IMG/VR virus record: IMGVR_UViG_3300021964_000039
Span: 16,019 to 80,018 of that record
From: a virus
Reading direction: 5' to 3' (one strand)
Length of the DNA stretch: 64,000 nt
Shown here: positions 49,447 through 58,670 of the stretch, in pieces
Numbering within the stretch: the stretch's first letter is position 1
How the letters are laid out: each line of letters opens with the position of its first letter
Translations under genes and position numbers: made by a program
Notes under the pieces: generated by a model
The model's input: the letters and a program-made list of their open reading frames with translations, nothing else
The model's database searches: none
Told to the model about the DNA's origin: nothing

Positions 49447-50703
49447 ATGTTTAACAAAGAACCCACTTGCATTGAAGATTGCTTAGAAATCTTAACCGGA
49501 TTCCGCTGCTATCGCGATCAAGAATTTATCCTTGATACAAATGACGGAACAATTCTATACTCTATAACTAGACAAATTTCTAGAGGACTTGCTCTTACTG
49601 ATAGACAAAAAGATGTAGTTGTGCAGAAATTAAATGGTTATAAAGATCAATTTGATAAAGCTGAGATTCCGCTTGATGAGTGTTTAAATAATCTTAGACA
49701 ACCGTTAAGAGAAATTGACAGGAGCACATATATTAAAACTGTTGAACACAAAAATGAGAAATATATATGTGTTAGATTCCCGTTCAATAAGAAAACAATT
49801 ATTCTTATAGAAGAACTAAGGATTAAAACGCCTAACAATGAATATATTCACGAACGTGGTAAACATACCCATTTATTTAAATTGAATGAAGTAAACATAT
49901 TTGCAATATTAGAAAAATTTAGCAAGAAAAACTTTGAAATAGAAAAAGAATTATTAGATTGTTATGGAACATTGATGGAAATGAAAAATAATAAACACAA
50001 GTATGTGCCTGGCATTTATGGACTTGAATTAAAGAATATGCCGCAAGAAGCAATTGATATTATTGTTAGTGATGTAGGTCAACCTACAATAGATAACTTG
50101 GCCATACTTAAAGATAAAGAAGATATGTACGGACTAGATCATTTTGACGATGTAGACTTAAAAAGAAGTATTTCACAATTAACTTCATTATCTGCAAAAG
50201 TAGTAAAAAGGAAAAGCAATCATATTCAAATAGATCCTAAAGAATGGAATCTAAAAGATGTGTTTGCAATGTTAATAGAACTTCAAAGATTTCCTTTGCA
50301 AATCATTCTAAAAAATGGTAACGAATATAAAAATTTATCTCAGTCTCATAAATGCTTGAAGTATATTATAGATGAGAGCGATATAGGAGTAATATTTAGG
50401 TTAGATAATAACAAAGAAGAAAATATTTCCTTTAATCAATACATTAAAGATAACAAATTAAATTCTACGGTTGCAATTACTCAAAAAGTTGTGTATACTA
50501 ATACTAGTAAAATAACAAAACCTTTAATTGATTGTGGCTGGCAACCTAAGGCAGTATTACGGTTAGGTAGTGAAAATACTAGTACTGAGGTTTCAGCATT
50601 TGTTAGTGATTGTGATTTAGACGTCCATTATGACACAGAGGTATCTCCTTATCTAAGCACTTCATATAGAGGTATTGGTCAAGGTCGTATTGAGAAAATA
50701 TAA
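49447..50703 (+). CDS. Hypothetical protein upstream of uvsW
   Basis: Long ORF; start set from promoter spacing. Confidence 0.7.
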   Translation: MFNKEPTCIEDCLEILTGFRCYRDQEFILDTNDGTILYSITRQISRGLALTDRQKDVVVQKLNGYKDQFDKAEIPLDECLNNLRQPLREIDRSTYIKTVEHKNEKYICVRFPFNKKTIILIEELRIKTPNNEYIHERGKHTHLFKLNEVNIFAILEKFSKKNFEIEKELLDCYGTLMEMKNNKHKYVPGIYGLELKNMPQEAIDIIVSDVGQPTIDNLAILKDKEDMYGLDHFDDVDLKRSISQLTSLSAKVVKRKSNHIQIDPKEWNLKDVFAMLIELQRFPLQIILKNGNEYKNLSQSHKCLKYIIDESDIGVIFRLDNNKEENISFNQYIKDNKLNSTVAITQKVVYTNTSKITKPLIDCGWQPKAVLRLGSENTSTEVSAFVSDCDLDVHYDTEVSPYLSTSYRGIGQGRIEKI

Positions 50704-52161
50704 ATGGCAAGTTGTAAACTTATTATAGAAGACGAAGTAAACATTAAGTTAGAAGGATTAGAAGTAGACGTTAGACGTAAACTTTCTAATGCTCTTAAAT
50801 TTGAAGTGCCATATGCAAGGTATATGCCGCAATATAAATTAGGTCGATGGGACGGTAAAGTTGCATTTTTTGGTATTGGCGGTACTGGATATGTAAATCA
50901 TTTAGATACTATAACACAAGTTTTGCAAAAAAATAATGTTGAAATTATAGACATTGAAGACAGACGACAACCTATTCAATTAAACTTTAGTACAATTACA
51001 GAAGAGTTTTGGGGCGACACATGTTGGCCCAAAGGACATCCTGCTGAAGGTCAACCAATACGCTTGCGTGATTATCAAGTCGAGGTAATCAATAACTTCA
51101 TGCAGACTCCGCAGGCACTGCAAGAAGTAGCAACTGGAGCAGGTAAGACTATCATCACAGCTACACTGAGCAAAATCACAGAACCATACGGGCGTAGCCT
51201 TGTTGTAGTTCCAAATAAGAGTTTGGTAACACAAACTGAAGAAGATTACATTAACTGTGGTTTAGATGTAGGTGTATACTTTGGTGATAGAAAAGAGCTA
51301 GGCAAGACTCATACAATATGTACTTGGCAAAGTCTTAATATTCTTGATAAGAAATTTAAAGACGGAGAAGCAGTATTGAGTCTTGCTGAATTCTTAGAGG
51401 GTGTAAGTACAGTGATTATAGATGAAGTTCATCAAGCAAAAGCAGAAGTACTAAAGAATTTACTAACAAGAAATTTACGTAATGCTCCAATTAGATGGGG
51501 ACTTACTGGAACGATACCGAAAGAATCTTTTGAATTTGAAAGTATACATGCCAGTATAGGACCTGTCATTGGGCAAGTAAGTGCAAAAGAATTACAAGAT
51601 AAAGGAGTTCTTTCTCAGTGTCATGTAAATGTTGTTCAGTTATTGGACACAGTTGAACACAGAGATTATCAATCAGAATTAAAATATCTTGTTACAAATA
51701 AAGACAGAATATCATATATAGGCAAATTATTAAACAATATTAAAGAATCAGGTAACACACTGATACTTGTGGATAGAATCTCAGCAGGTGAAATGCTACA
51801 AGAACTTATACCAGGATCAACTTTTGTAAAAGGTGATGTAAAACTAAAAGACAGAAAAGAAGCATACGATGAAATTAACACAGGAACTAACCATGTGGTT
51901 ATTGCAACCTATGGAGTTGCCGCTGTTGGTATTAATATTCCTCGCATTTTCAATCTCGTCCTTATTGAGCCTGGCAAAAGTTTTGTAAGAGTTATTCAAA
52001 GTATAGGCAGAGGCGTAAGAAAGGCAAAGGACAAAGACTTCGTACAAATATGGGATCTTACAAGTACTTGTAAGTTTGCGAAGCGGCACCTTACCCAAAG
52101 GAAGAAATTCTATAAGGAGGCGCAATACCCATTTACCATAGAAAAGGTAGATTGGAATTAA
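50704..52161 (+). CDS. uvsW: SF2 DNA helicase
   Basis: WDGK, LRDYQ, ATGAGKT, DEVH, GLTGT, QSIGRG.R. Confidence 0.92.
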   Translation: MASCKLIIEDEVNIKLEGLEVDVRRKLSNALKFEVPYARYMPQYKLGRWDGKVAFFGIGGTGYVNHLDTITQVLQKNNVEIIDIEDRRQPIQLNFSTITEEFWGDTCWPKGHPAEGQPIRLRDYQVEVINNFMQTPQALQEVATGAGKTIITATLSKITEPYGRSLVVVPNKSLVTQTEEDYINCGLDVGVYFGDRKELGKTHTICTWQSLNILDKKFKDGEAVLSLAEFLEGVSTVIIDEVHQAKAEVLKNLLTRNLRNAPIRWGLTGTIPKESFEFESIHASIGPVIGQVSAKELQDKGVLSQCHVNVVQLLDTVEHRDYQSELKYLVTNKDRISYIGKLLNNIKESGNTLILVDRISAGEMLQELIPGSTFVKGDVKLKDRKEAYDEINTGTNHVVIATYGVAAVGINIPRIFNLVLIEPGKSFVRVIQSIGRGVRKAKDKDFVQIWDLTSTCKFAKRHLTQRKKFYKEAQYPFTIEKVDWN

Positions 52162-52162
52162 T

Positions 52163-52669
52163 ATGAGAATAATGACATTAGATAACGAATGTTTTTTGCT
52201 GAATAATCTTCCTGACGAATTACAAGACGATATTAGATTTGCAGTATTAGATAATTCAGATCCAAAAAATCCTGACTTCTTTTTCATTCCTTTAATTTTC
52301 TTAGAATCATTTACTGCACCAGCAATGGTTATGGAAATTAATGGGAAGGAAATAATGATGCCAGTTGATTGGAGCATAGCAGTTGGGGATAGTCATAGCG
52401 GTAATGACTTAGAAGTTCTTCCACTTACAAGTATAAACGATAGAGGATTTGAAGCATTCTTATTCAATCCTTTGACTAGTTTCAAAACAGATTTTGGAGA
52501 TATAAAAATTACACATTTCTATAATGATGTAAAATGGTATTTTCCAAAAACAAAAAACGGACAACTATTAGCTATCCCTTTAACCGAAGGAGCTAATCCT
52601 TTATGTGCGTACTTTATTAAAGATATATCACGTCAAAGTGAAATTATAGAATATGCCAAGTTGTTATAG
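52163..52669 (+). CDS. Hypothetical protein
   Basis: Coupled to uvsW. Confidence 0.7.
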   Translation: MRIMTLDNECFLLNNLPDELQDDIRFAVLDNSDPKNPDFFFIPLIFLESFTAPAMVMEINGKEIMMPVDWSIAVGDSHSGNDLEVLPLTSINDRGFEAFLFNPLTSFKTDFGDIKITHFYNDVKWYFPKTKNGQLLAIPLTEGANPLCAYFIKDISRQSEIIEYAKLL

Positions 52670-52680
52670 GAGATATAATT

Positions 52681-52848
52681 ATGGACTATGTAATACTACA
52701 AGAAAAAATTACAGAAAAATTTATGGAAATAGCAAAAGGATGTTCACCCGGCAATAACTGGATTCTAGGCGCTACAAACAGAGTGCCTCAAGTTCTAGCA
52801 GAAATAGCAACAGAGGTAGTAAAGGAATATGAAAATGAAAGCAGGTAA
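52681..52848 (+). CDS. Small hypothetical protein, 55 aa (not in the ORF track)
   Basis: AGGAG RBS; MDYVILQEKITEKF...ESR*. Confidence 0.55.
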   Translation: MDYVILQEKITEKFMEIAKGCSPGNNWILGATNRVPQVLAEIATEVVKEYENESR

Positions 52849-53179
52849 GATTTGGGGTCAGACAGAACTTATTCATGCTAACGGTGTACTTGAGTTCCAC
52901 CGTATTGAATACAAAGCAGGATACAAATGCTCAGAGCATGAGCATCAGTATAAATGGAACGGATTCTTTGTTGAATCGGGCAAGATGCTTGTTCGAGTTT
53001 GGCAAGATGATCAAGGGCTAGTTGATGAAACTATCCTTGAAGCTGGAGACTTTACACAAGTAAAGCCTGGCAAGATTCACCAGTTTGAAGGTTTGGAAGA
53101 CGGTGTCGCTTTTGAACTATACTGGGCGGAGTTTAACCACGATGACATTGTTCGTCGTACTTCAGGCACAAAGACATAA
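52829..53179 (+). CDS. Cupin-fold protein
   Basis: GKIWG.T, CSEH.H..KWN.F.V.SG, PG..H.F, FELYW. Confidence 0.75.
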   Translation: MKMKAGKIWGQTELIHANGVLEFHRIEYKAGYKCSEHEHQYKWNGFFVESGKMLVRVWQDDQGLVDETILEAGDFTQVKPGKIHQFEGLEDGVAFELYWAEFNHDDIVRRTSGTKT

Positions 53180-53190
53180 CGGAGAGAAAT

Positions 53191-54483
53191 ATGTTAGAAA
53201 AACTATTCGGTCTATCAAAGGCCGGTACTACAGTGAAGACAGAAGTAATGGCAGGTATTGCTACGTTTCTTACAATGGCTTACATTACTGTTGTCAATCC
53301 AGCTATCCTTTCAACAGAAGGATCAGGAATGGCATTTGGCGCTGTATTCACAGCCACAATTATTGCGGCAATTATTGGTACATTGATTATGGGATTATGG
53401 GCTAACTGGCCTGTAGCACTAGCACCAGGTATGGGATTAAATGCATTCTTTACGTTTGGTGTAATTTTTGGTATGGGTTATACATATCAACAAGCGTTGG
53501 CTGCTGTGTTTGTAGCAGGTTTGGTGTTTATTGCGTTAAGTGTAACACCAGCACGTAAGTACATTATTAATAGTATTCCTAAGTCAATGAAGTTAGGCGT
53601 AGGCGCAGGTATTGGTCTGTTCCTTGCGATCATTGGACTTAAGAATGCCGGTGTTGTTGTTGACAACCCTGCCACACTTGTGGGACTTGGTGATGTAACA
53701 AGCTGGCCTGTACTATTGACAGGACTTGGCTTTATTATCATGGCCGTGTTAGATAAACGTAAAGTACCAGGCGCAATTATCCTTGGTATTCTTGCTGTAT
53801 CAATTATTGCATGGGTTACCGGGATTGCAAATCTTGGAGGTTTAGCAGGCGCTATTCCAAATCCAGATCATGCATTTAGTATGGACTTTAGTGCTTTGTT
53901 TACAGCTGGATTCATAGGTGTAGCATTTGCATTTTTGTTTGTAGACTTTTTTGACACAGCAGGCACACTTACAAGTGTTGCAAATTTAACAGGCAAAGTA
54001 AACGAAGACGGTGAAGTAGAACAAATTGATCGTGCTTTATTAGCTGATTCAGTTGCTACAACAGCAGGTGCGTTAGTTGGTACAAGTAACACTACAAGTT
54101 ATATTGAAAGTGGTGCTGGTATTAAAGAAGGCGGCAAAACTGGACTTACAGCAGTCACAGTAGCAGTACTATTTGGTGCTTGTTTATTCTTTGCTCCACT
54201 AGCACAAAGCATTCCTGCTTTTGCTACAGCACCTGCTCTCATATTTATTGCAACTTACTTTCTACGTAATGTTGCAGATATTGATTGGAGTGATGTTACA
54301 GAATATGCTCCAGCAGTATTGGCGGCAGTGTTAATGCCGTTAACATTTAGTATTGCACACGGAATAGCATTAGGCTTTATTGTATATGCAGTTATAAAGG
54401 CATTGAGTGGCCGTACTAGTGATTTAAATATAGGTAGCATTGCTATTGCTGTTATAAGTGTAATTTACTTTACAGCAGTTTAA
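53191..54483 (+). CDS. NCS2/AzgA-family purine permease (host-derived auxiliary gene)
   Basis: TE..AG..TFLTMAYI..VNP.IL, APGMGLNAFF, DFFDTAGTL, GTS.TT.YIES.AG...GG.TGLTA; many transmembrane helices. Confidence 0.92.
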   Translation: MLEKLFGLSKAGTTVKTEVMAGIATFLTMAYITVVNPAILSTEGSGMAFGAVFTATIIAAIIGTLIMGLWANWPVALAPGMGLNAFFTFGVIFGMGYTYQQALAAVFVAGLVFIALSVTPARKYIINSIPKSMKLGVGAGIGLFLAIIGLKNAGVVVDNPATLVGLGDVTSWPVLLTGLGFIIMAVLDKRKVPGAIILGILAVSIIAWVTGIANLGGLAGAIPNPDHAFSMDFSALFTAGFIGVAFAFLFVDFFDTAGTLTSVANLTGKVNEDGEVEQIDRALLADSVATTAGALVGTSNTTSYIESGAGIKEGGKTGLTAVTVAVLFGACLFFAPLAQSIPAFATAPALIFIATYFLRNVADIDWSDVTEYAPAVLAAVLMPLTFSIAHGIALGFIVYAVIKALSGRTSDLNIGSIAIAVISVIYFTAV

Positions 54484-54761
54484 TGGGAAACTTGATACCT
54501 AATCAACCTTTGATATACGAGCGTAGCAACGGTGTTGTTTACGCTCGTTATCGAGACTCTCCACATAATACAATACCAAGGTGGATAGTTGGCGGTGACC
54601 CTTCAAGTGTTTCGGAAGCACAAGGAGAACTATTAAATTACAATGAATGGCTTAAATTATGCGATCTTTCCAAAAACAACCCAACACTTGAAAAATTACT
54701 TGACAAATTAGTTACAATGTATTATATTATTAAACATGACTCAGACAAAACTTCCAATTAA
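54483..54761 (+). CDS. Hypothetical protein
   Basis: Coupled ORF; IYER..GVVYAR. Confidence 0.6.
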   Translation: MGNLIPNQPLIYERSNGVVYARYRDSPHNTIPRWIVGGDPSSVSEAQGELLNYNEWLKLCDLSKNNPTLEKLLDKLVTMYYIIKHDSDKTSN

Positions 54762-55188
54762 AGATATACTAGCAGCAATTGACATGGGTGCAAAAAACGT
54801 CTGGGATGAAATAACAGACGAAGAGCGCAAACAGGTTAGTTTCTGGTTACTTAATAGATACGTAAGTTCAGTAAACGGAAATAGAGAAAAACAAGAGCTT
54901 GCGGTTTTCAAAACTAACGAGTATTACAATAAACATTATATGGATATTAGTAAACATCCAAAACTCCAATGGCAATTACTATGTATGAGTGGCAACACAA
55001 AAAAGATAGAATTTCATCAGTGGATTGGGCATAAGAAAAAAGGCAATAGCAATTCAAATGGTGTAAAGTTACTTGCACAATTATATCCTAATATGAAACA
55101 AGACGAGGTAGAACTACTTGCTAGAATATCTACAAAAGCCGAACTCAAACAACTGGCTAAAGAACATGACATCGAAATCAAACTCTAA
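54736..55188 (+). CDS. Possible clamp-loader small subunit (gp62-like)
   Basis: F.LNRY.S, LL, F..WI..KK, LYP pattern. Confidence 0.5.
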   Translation: MTQTKLPIKDILAAIDMGAKNVWDEITDEERKQVSFWLLNRYVSSVNGNREKQELAVFKTNEYYNKHYMDISKHPKLQWQLLCMSGNTKKIEFHQWIGHKKKGNSNSNGVKLLAQLYPNMKQDEVELLARISTKAELKQLAKEHDIEIKL

Positions 55189-55864
55189 ACCATATGTATG
55201 CGAATATTGTAATACTGGATACACACGAGAAAAAACTCTTGCAGTGCATATGTGTGAACAAAAACGTAGAGCATTACAACGAAATGAAAAGAGAGTAACA
55301 CTTGGGTATTATGCATTTAACCAGTTCTATAAATTAAGCGCAGGTGCGAAAAAAGAAAAAACATATGAAGAATTTTGTAAATCTCCTTACTATAATGCTT
55401 TCGTCAAGTTTGGTTCGTTTATCAATAATGTGCGTCCCCTATATCCTGAGCGTTATATTGATCATGTTGTGACTAGCGGAGTTAAACTTGATCACTGGTG
55501 TAGAGAAGAGATGTATGAAAAATATGCTATAGAGCTTATCCTTAAAGAAGATGTTACAACAGCTTTAGAACGTAGTGTACAAACTATGTTAGAATGGGCA
55601 AGTGAGAATGAACCTGCGCCCTGGAATCATTACTTTGATCATATCAGTTTAAATAGAGCGGTTTGGCATATAAAGGACGGTAAGATTTCTCCTTGGCTCA
55701 TATTAAATTGTAGTAGCGGTAAGGAAATGCTAAGTAAATTGAATGACGAGCAACTAAATCTGATTTATCATATTATGAACCCAGAACATTGGGCTATGCG
55801 ATTTAAGAGAAATCCAAAAGATGTAGAGTTAGTCAAGGAAATAGTGAAAGAGAGTAAATTATGA
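55166..55864 (+). CDS. Zn-finger (CxxC...HxC) hypothetical protein
   Basis: YVCEYC...HMC; start ATG 55166. Confidence 0.6.
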   Translation: MTSKSNSKPYVCEYCNTGYTREKTLAVHMCEQKRRALQRNEKRVTLGYYAFNQFYKLSAGAKKEKTYEEFCKSPYYNAFVKFGSFINNVRPLYPERYIDHVVTSGVKLDHWCREEMYEKYAIELILKEDVTTALERSVQTMLEWASENEPAPWNHYFDHISLNRAVWHIKDGKISPWLILNCSSGKEMLSKLNDEQLNLIYHIMNPEHWAMRFKRNPKDVELVKEIVKESKL

Positions 55865-56289
55865 AAATACTAATTTTTGGTCTTCCGGGATCAGGAAAAA
55901 GCACCCTTGCAGAACCTTTTGCAGACTTATTAGGTGGTGTTTGGATCAATGCCGACAAAGTAAGAGAAAAATACAACGACTGGGACTTTACTCCGGAAGG
56001 ACGTATTAGACAAGCTCAACGTATGAAGCACTTGGCAGACGGAGTAGTTATGTCAGGAAAAATTGCCGTAGCAGATTTTGTATGTCCAACAGAGCAAGCA
56101 CGTTTAGAGTTTGATCCTGATTACACCGTATGGATGGATACTATTACAGAAGGTCGATTTGAAGATACGAATAAGATGTTTGAAAAACCAGCTTCATATA
56201 ATTATCATGTTGCTAATTGGTTTGATGACACACATGTTCAACTATTAGAAGTTGTCAAAAATTATATGAAGAGCAATGGAAAAAGTTGA
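55861..56289 (+). CDS. cysC: Adenylylsulfate (APS) kinase-like protein
   Basis: GLPGSGKSTLA, NAD.VR, DF..EGR, FVCP...R, FEKP. Confidence 0.75.
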   Translation: MKILIFGLPGSGKSTLAEPFADLLGGVWINADKVREKYNDWDFTPEGRIRQAQRMKHLADGVVMSGKIAVADFVCPTEQARLEFDPDYTVWMDTITEGRFEDTNKMFEKPASYNYHVANWFDDTHVQLLEVVKNYMKSNGKS

Positions 56290-56488
56290 AAAGAAACGGC
56301 ATCTTGCTAAAGCCGTCACTTGGAGAATAATAGCAAGTATTACAACAGCAATAATAGCATTTACATTTGGATTACCCCCAAAAGCAGTAGGTGCAGTATT
56401 TGTTGCAGATTTAATTATTAAGTTTTTGATGTATTATGCCCATGAAAGGTTATGGTACAAACACATAAAGTATGGAGTTAAAGAATGA
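56276..56488 (+). CDS. DUF2061-like small membrane protein
   Basis: R.LAKA.TWRI, YYAHERLW. Confidence 0.85.
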   Translation: MEKVEKKRHLAKAVTWRIIASITTAIIAFTFGLPPKAVGAVFVADLIIKFLMYYAHERLWYKHIKYGVKE

Positions 56489-56898
56489 GTTTCGATTGGC
56501 AAAAACCTACAGCAGAAATGTTAGGAAGATGGCAGCCGTGGCATGATGGTCACACTGCCTTATTTAAGAAAGCATTACTAGAAACAGGACAGGTGTGTAT
56601 TATGATACGTGACGTAGGAGGTATTGTAGGGCAAGATGCAGGCGGTGGACGTACAGTTGCCCAAACTGATAATCCATTTGATTACGACACAGTAGTTGAA
56701 AATATTAAATCAGGATTAGCAGAACATGACTTTACATACGGTGAAGAGTATGTTATAATGCAAGTGCCAAATATTGTTGACATTAGTTATGGCCGAGGTG
56801 TAGGTTATACATTTACACAACACGACTTAGGCGAAGAAATACATAATATTAGTGCTACACAAATTAGAGCTAAATTAAGAGAAGAAGGTAAACTCTAG
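56485..56898 (+). CDS. Minimal HIGH-superfamily nucleotidyltransferase
   Basis: GRWQPWHDGH, NPF, YGRGVGY, ISAT.IR. Confidence 0.8.
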   Translation: MSFDWQKPTAEMLGRWQPWHDGHTALFKKALLETGQVCIMIRDVGGIVGQDAGGGRTVAQTDNPFDYDTVVENIKSGLAEHDFTYGEEYVIMQVPNIVDISYGRGVGYTFTQHDLGEEIHNISATQIRAKLREEGKL

Positions 56899-57470
56899 TG
56901 CCGGATATTGATATAGATTTTGCAGATAGGTCTATTATACTAGATAAGATAATGCATCGTGTTGCTAAACTTGACAACGAAAAGAAGCACAACACAGGAA
57001 TCTATGTCACAGAAATTCCCCACAACCCAATAGATAAATTAAGCACAATTGATTATAAGAGTGCAGAAGAACGTGGATACTTTAAACTAGATTTTCTTAA
57101 TGTAAGTATATACAAAGACATAAGAAATGACGAACACCTAACAGAACTAATGGGTCACGAACCTATGTGGGATTTGCTTACTTACAAAGAATTTAGTGAT
57201 CAATTATTTCATGTTGCTGGACATCATACGGTATTACAAACTATGAAACCTTCAACTATTGAACAATTAGCAGCTGTATTAGCTATAATCCGTCCAGCCA
57301 AGAGGCACCTAGCGAACGAAAGCTGGGAGACGATAATGAAGGAAGTTTGGATTAAACCTGAAGAAGGTTATTACTTTAAGAAAGCACATGCGATATCATA
57401 TGCGATGGCTGTTGTTGTTCATATGAATTTAATTTGTGAAAAGATTAGTGCGCAAAGTGCTGGTAGCTAG
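56898..57470 (+). CDS. dnaE: Miniature DnaE (family C polymerase)-like protein
   Basis: PDIDIDF, KHNTGIY, GYFKLDFL, LA.IRP, YYFKKAHAISYA in only 190 aa. Confidence 0.75.
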   Translation: MPDIDIDFADRSIILDKIMHRVAKLDNEKKHNTGIYVTEIPHNPIDKLSTIDYKSAEERGYFKLDFLNVSIYKDIRNDEHLTELMGHEPMWDLLTYKEFSDQLFHVAGHHTVLQTMKPSTIEQLAAVLAIIRPAKRHLANESWETIMKEVWIKPEEGYYFKKAHAISYAMAVVVHMNLICEKISAQSAGS

Positions 57471-57838
57471 TTTTTTGGTTTCCTTACCAACTGCACACTT
57501 TTACGTTTAATTCTCTTTACCACTAGGTTATTTAAATTCACTGCAGGTCCAATTGTAACTTTTACATCTTTAGAATTCATTGTTATAATAGAATAATTTA
57601 AATTTTGTATTTCTGAGCGCAAGAAAATATTTATGGGAATCATTCGATTGGATTCCCACCACCAAGCATTTCCTAATTCAATTAATCTGTGTTTATCCTC
57701 ATCCGTTTTCAGCATGGTGTATACATACATGCTTGTCACGTATTGGTCCTGATTAATTATAATACCCACATACTCTTGGCCCCCGTAAGTAACAACGGAC
57801 AAAAATGGAAAGTTTTTTTCAATATCTTTTAATAGCAT
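57467..57838 (-). CDS. Conserved phage hypothetical protein
   Basis: EYVGII.N, WWWESNR.IPINIFL. Confidence 0.7.
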   Translation of the reverse strand: MLLKDIEKNFPFLSVVTYGGQEYVGIIINQDQYVTSMYVYTMLKTDEDKHRLIELGNAWWWESNRMIPINIFLRSEIQNLNYSIITMNSKDVKVTIGPAVNLNNLVVKRIKRKSVQLVRKPKN

Positions 57839-57858
57839 TGTTTCCGATAAATATGTTT

Positions 57859-58635
57859 ATGCAAATTACACCTAGATATTTAGTCAATAATAGAGTAACC
57901 GTCATAGCAGATATGGCGGGATTAGTCACGGAGTATAAACAAGTGTATCAGAGACATTTAATGGCCTATAGAGGCATAGACAACACATTACAATTTAAGA
58001 TCCTAAATTCAGATCAAAAACCAATTGATTTGTCCGGATACGAAGTTATATTTCAAGCATTTAATGAAAGTAAATCACTTACAATTAATAGGACTGCAAC
58101 AATTAATCCTAACATCAAAGGACTTACTGAAGTCGTAATAAGTGAAAACGATTTACTTAATTATAAAGATCAATACCTTTCTTACAGTTTGCATTTAGTT
58201 GATGAGCTTACTAAACAAAAAACTATTACATACAGCGACGCTAGTTTTGGAGCTTGCGGCACAATAAGTATTGAAAGTTGTGCTTACCCTGGTCCAAAAG
58301 AAAGTTATGAAGTTTCTACATTTGTACAAGACAATGATAGTTATTGGTATACAGAATCTGTAGAAGCTGAACCTGCAATTAATGGTAATGAAGCATTACA
58401 CACTGTTGTATTCTATACTGATGGTTATGATGGCGATATCACAATACAATCAACTTTAGAAAATAGTATAGACGGTTCTAGTATTGTAAATTGGGCCGAT
58501 GTAGATGTATTATCTTTTGATGGCACTGAAACCACTCCTGTGCCTTATAACTTTTACGGAGTTTATAGTTATTTACGATTTGTTGCATCAAAAGATCCTG
58601 AGAACAAGATAATCAAAATATTAGTTAGAAATTGA
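57859..58635 (+). CDS. Late, probably structural, hypothetical protein (start ATG 57859)
   Basis: TAAATA-N5-ATG; YRGIDN..QF...N.DQKP. Confidence 0.6.
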   Translation: MQITPRYLVNNRVTVIADMAGLVTEYKQVYQRHLMAYRGIDNTLQFKILNSDQKPIDLSGYEVIFQAFNESKSLTINRTATINPNIKGLTEVVISENDLLNYKDQYLSYSLHLVDELTKQKTITYSDASFGACGTISIESCAYPGPKESYEVSTFVQDNDSYWYTESVEAEPAINGNEALHTVVFYTDGYDGDITIQSTLENSIDGSSIVNWADVDVLSFDGTETTPVPYNFYGVYSYLRFVASKDPENKIIKILVRN

Positions 58636-58664
58636 TTGACTTTTAACACTTACTAAGCTATACT
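58636..58664 (+). promoter_or_regulatory. Sigma70 promoter (leaderless) for primase
   Basis: TTGACT-17-TATACT, then 6 nt, then ATG. Confidence 0.8.
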
Positions 58665-58670
58665 ATTAAT

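Noticed and set aside
51844-52377. 177-aa minus-strand ORF
   Set aside because: It lies entirely antisense to uvsW and its downstream gene and has no protein-like motifs.
52670-53190. Purine riboswitch upstream of the NCS2 permease
   Set aside because: The upstream region is coding and the gap is only 11 bp; no aptamer consensus was seen.
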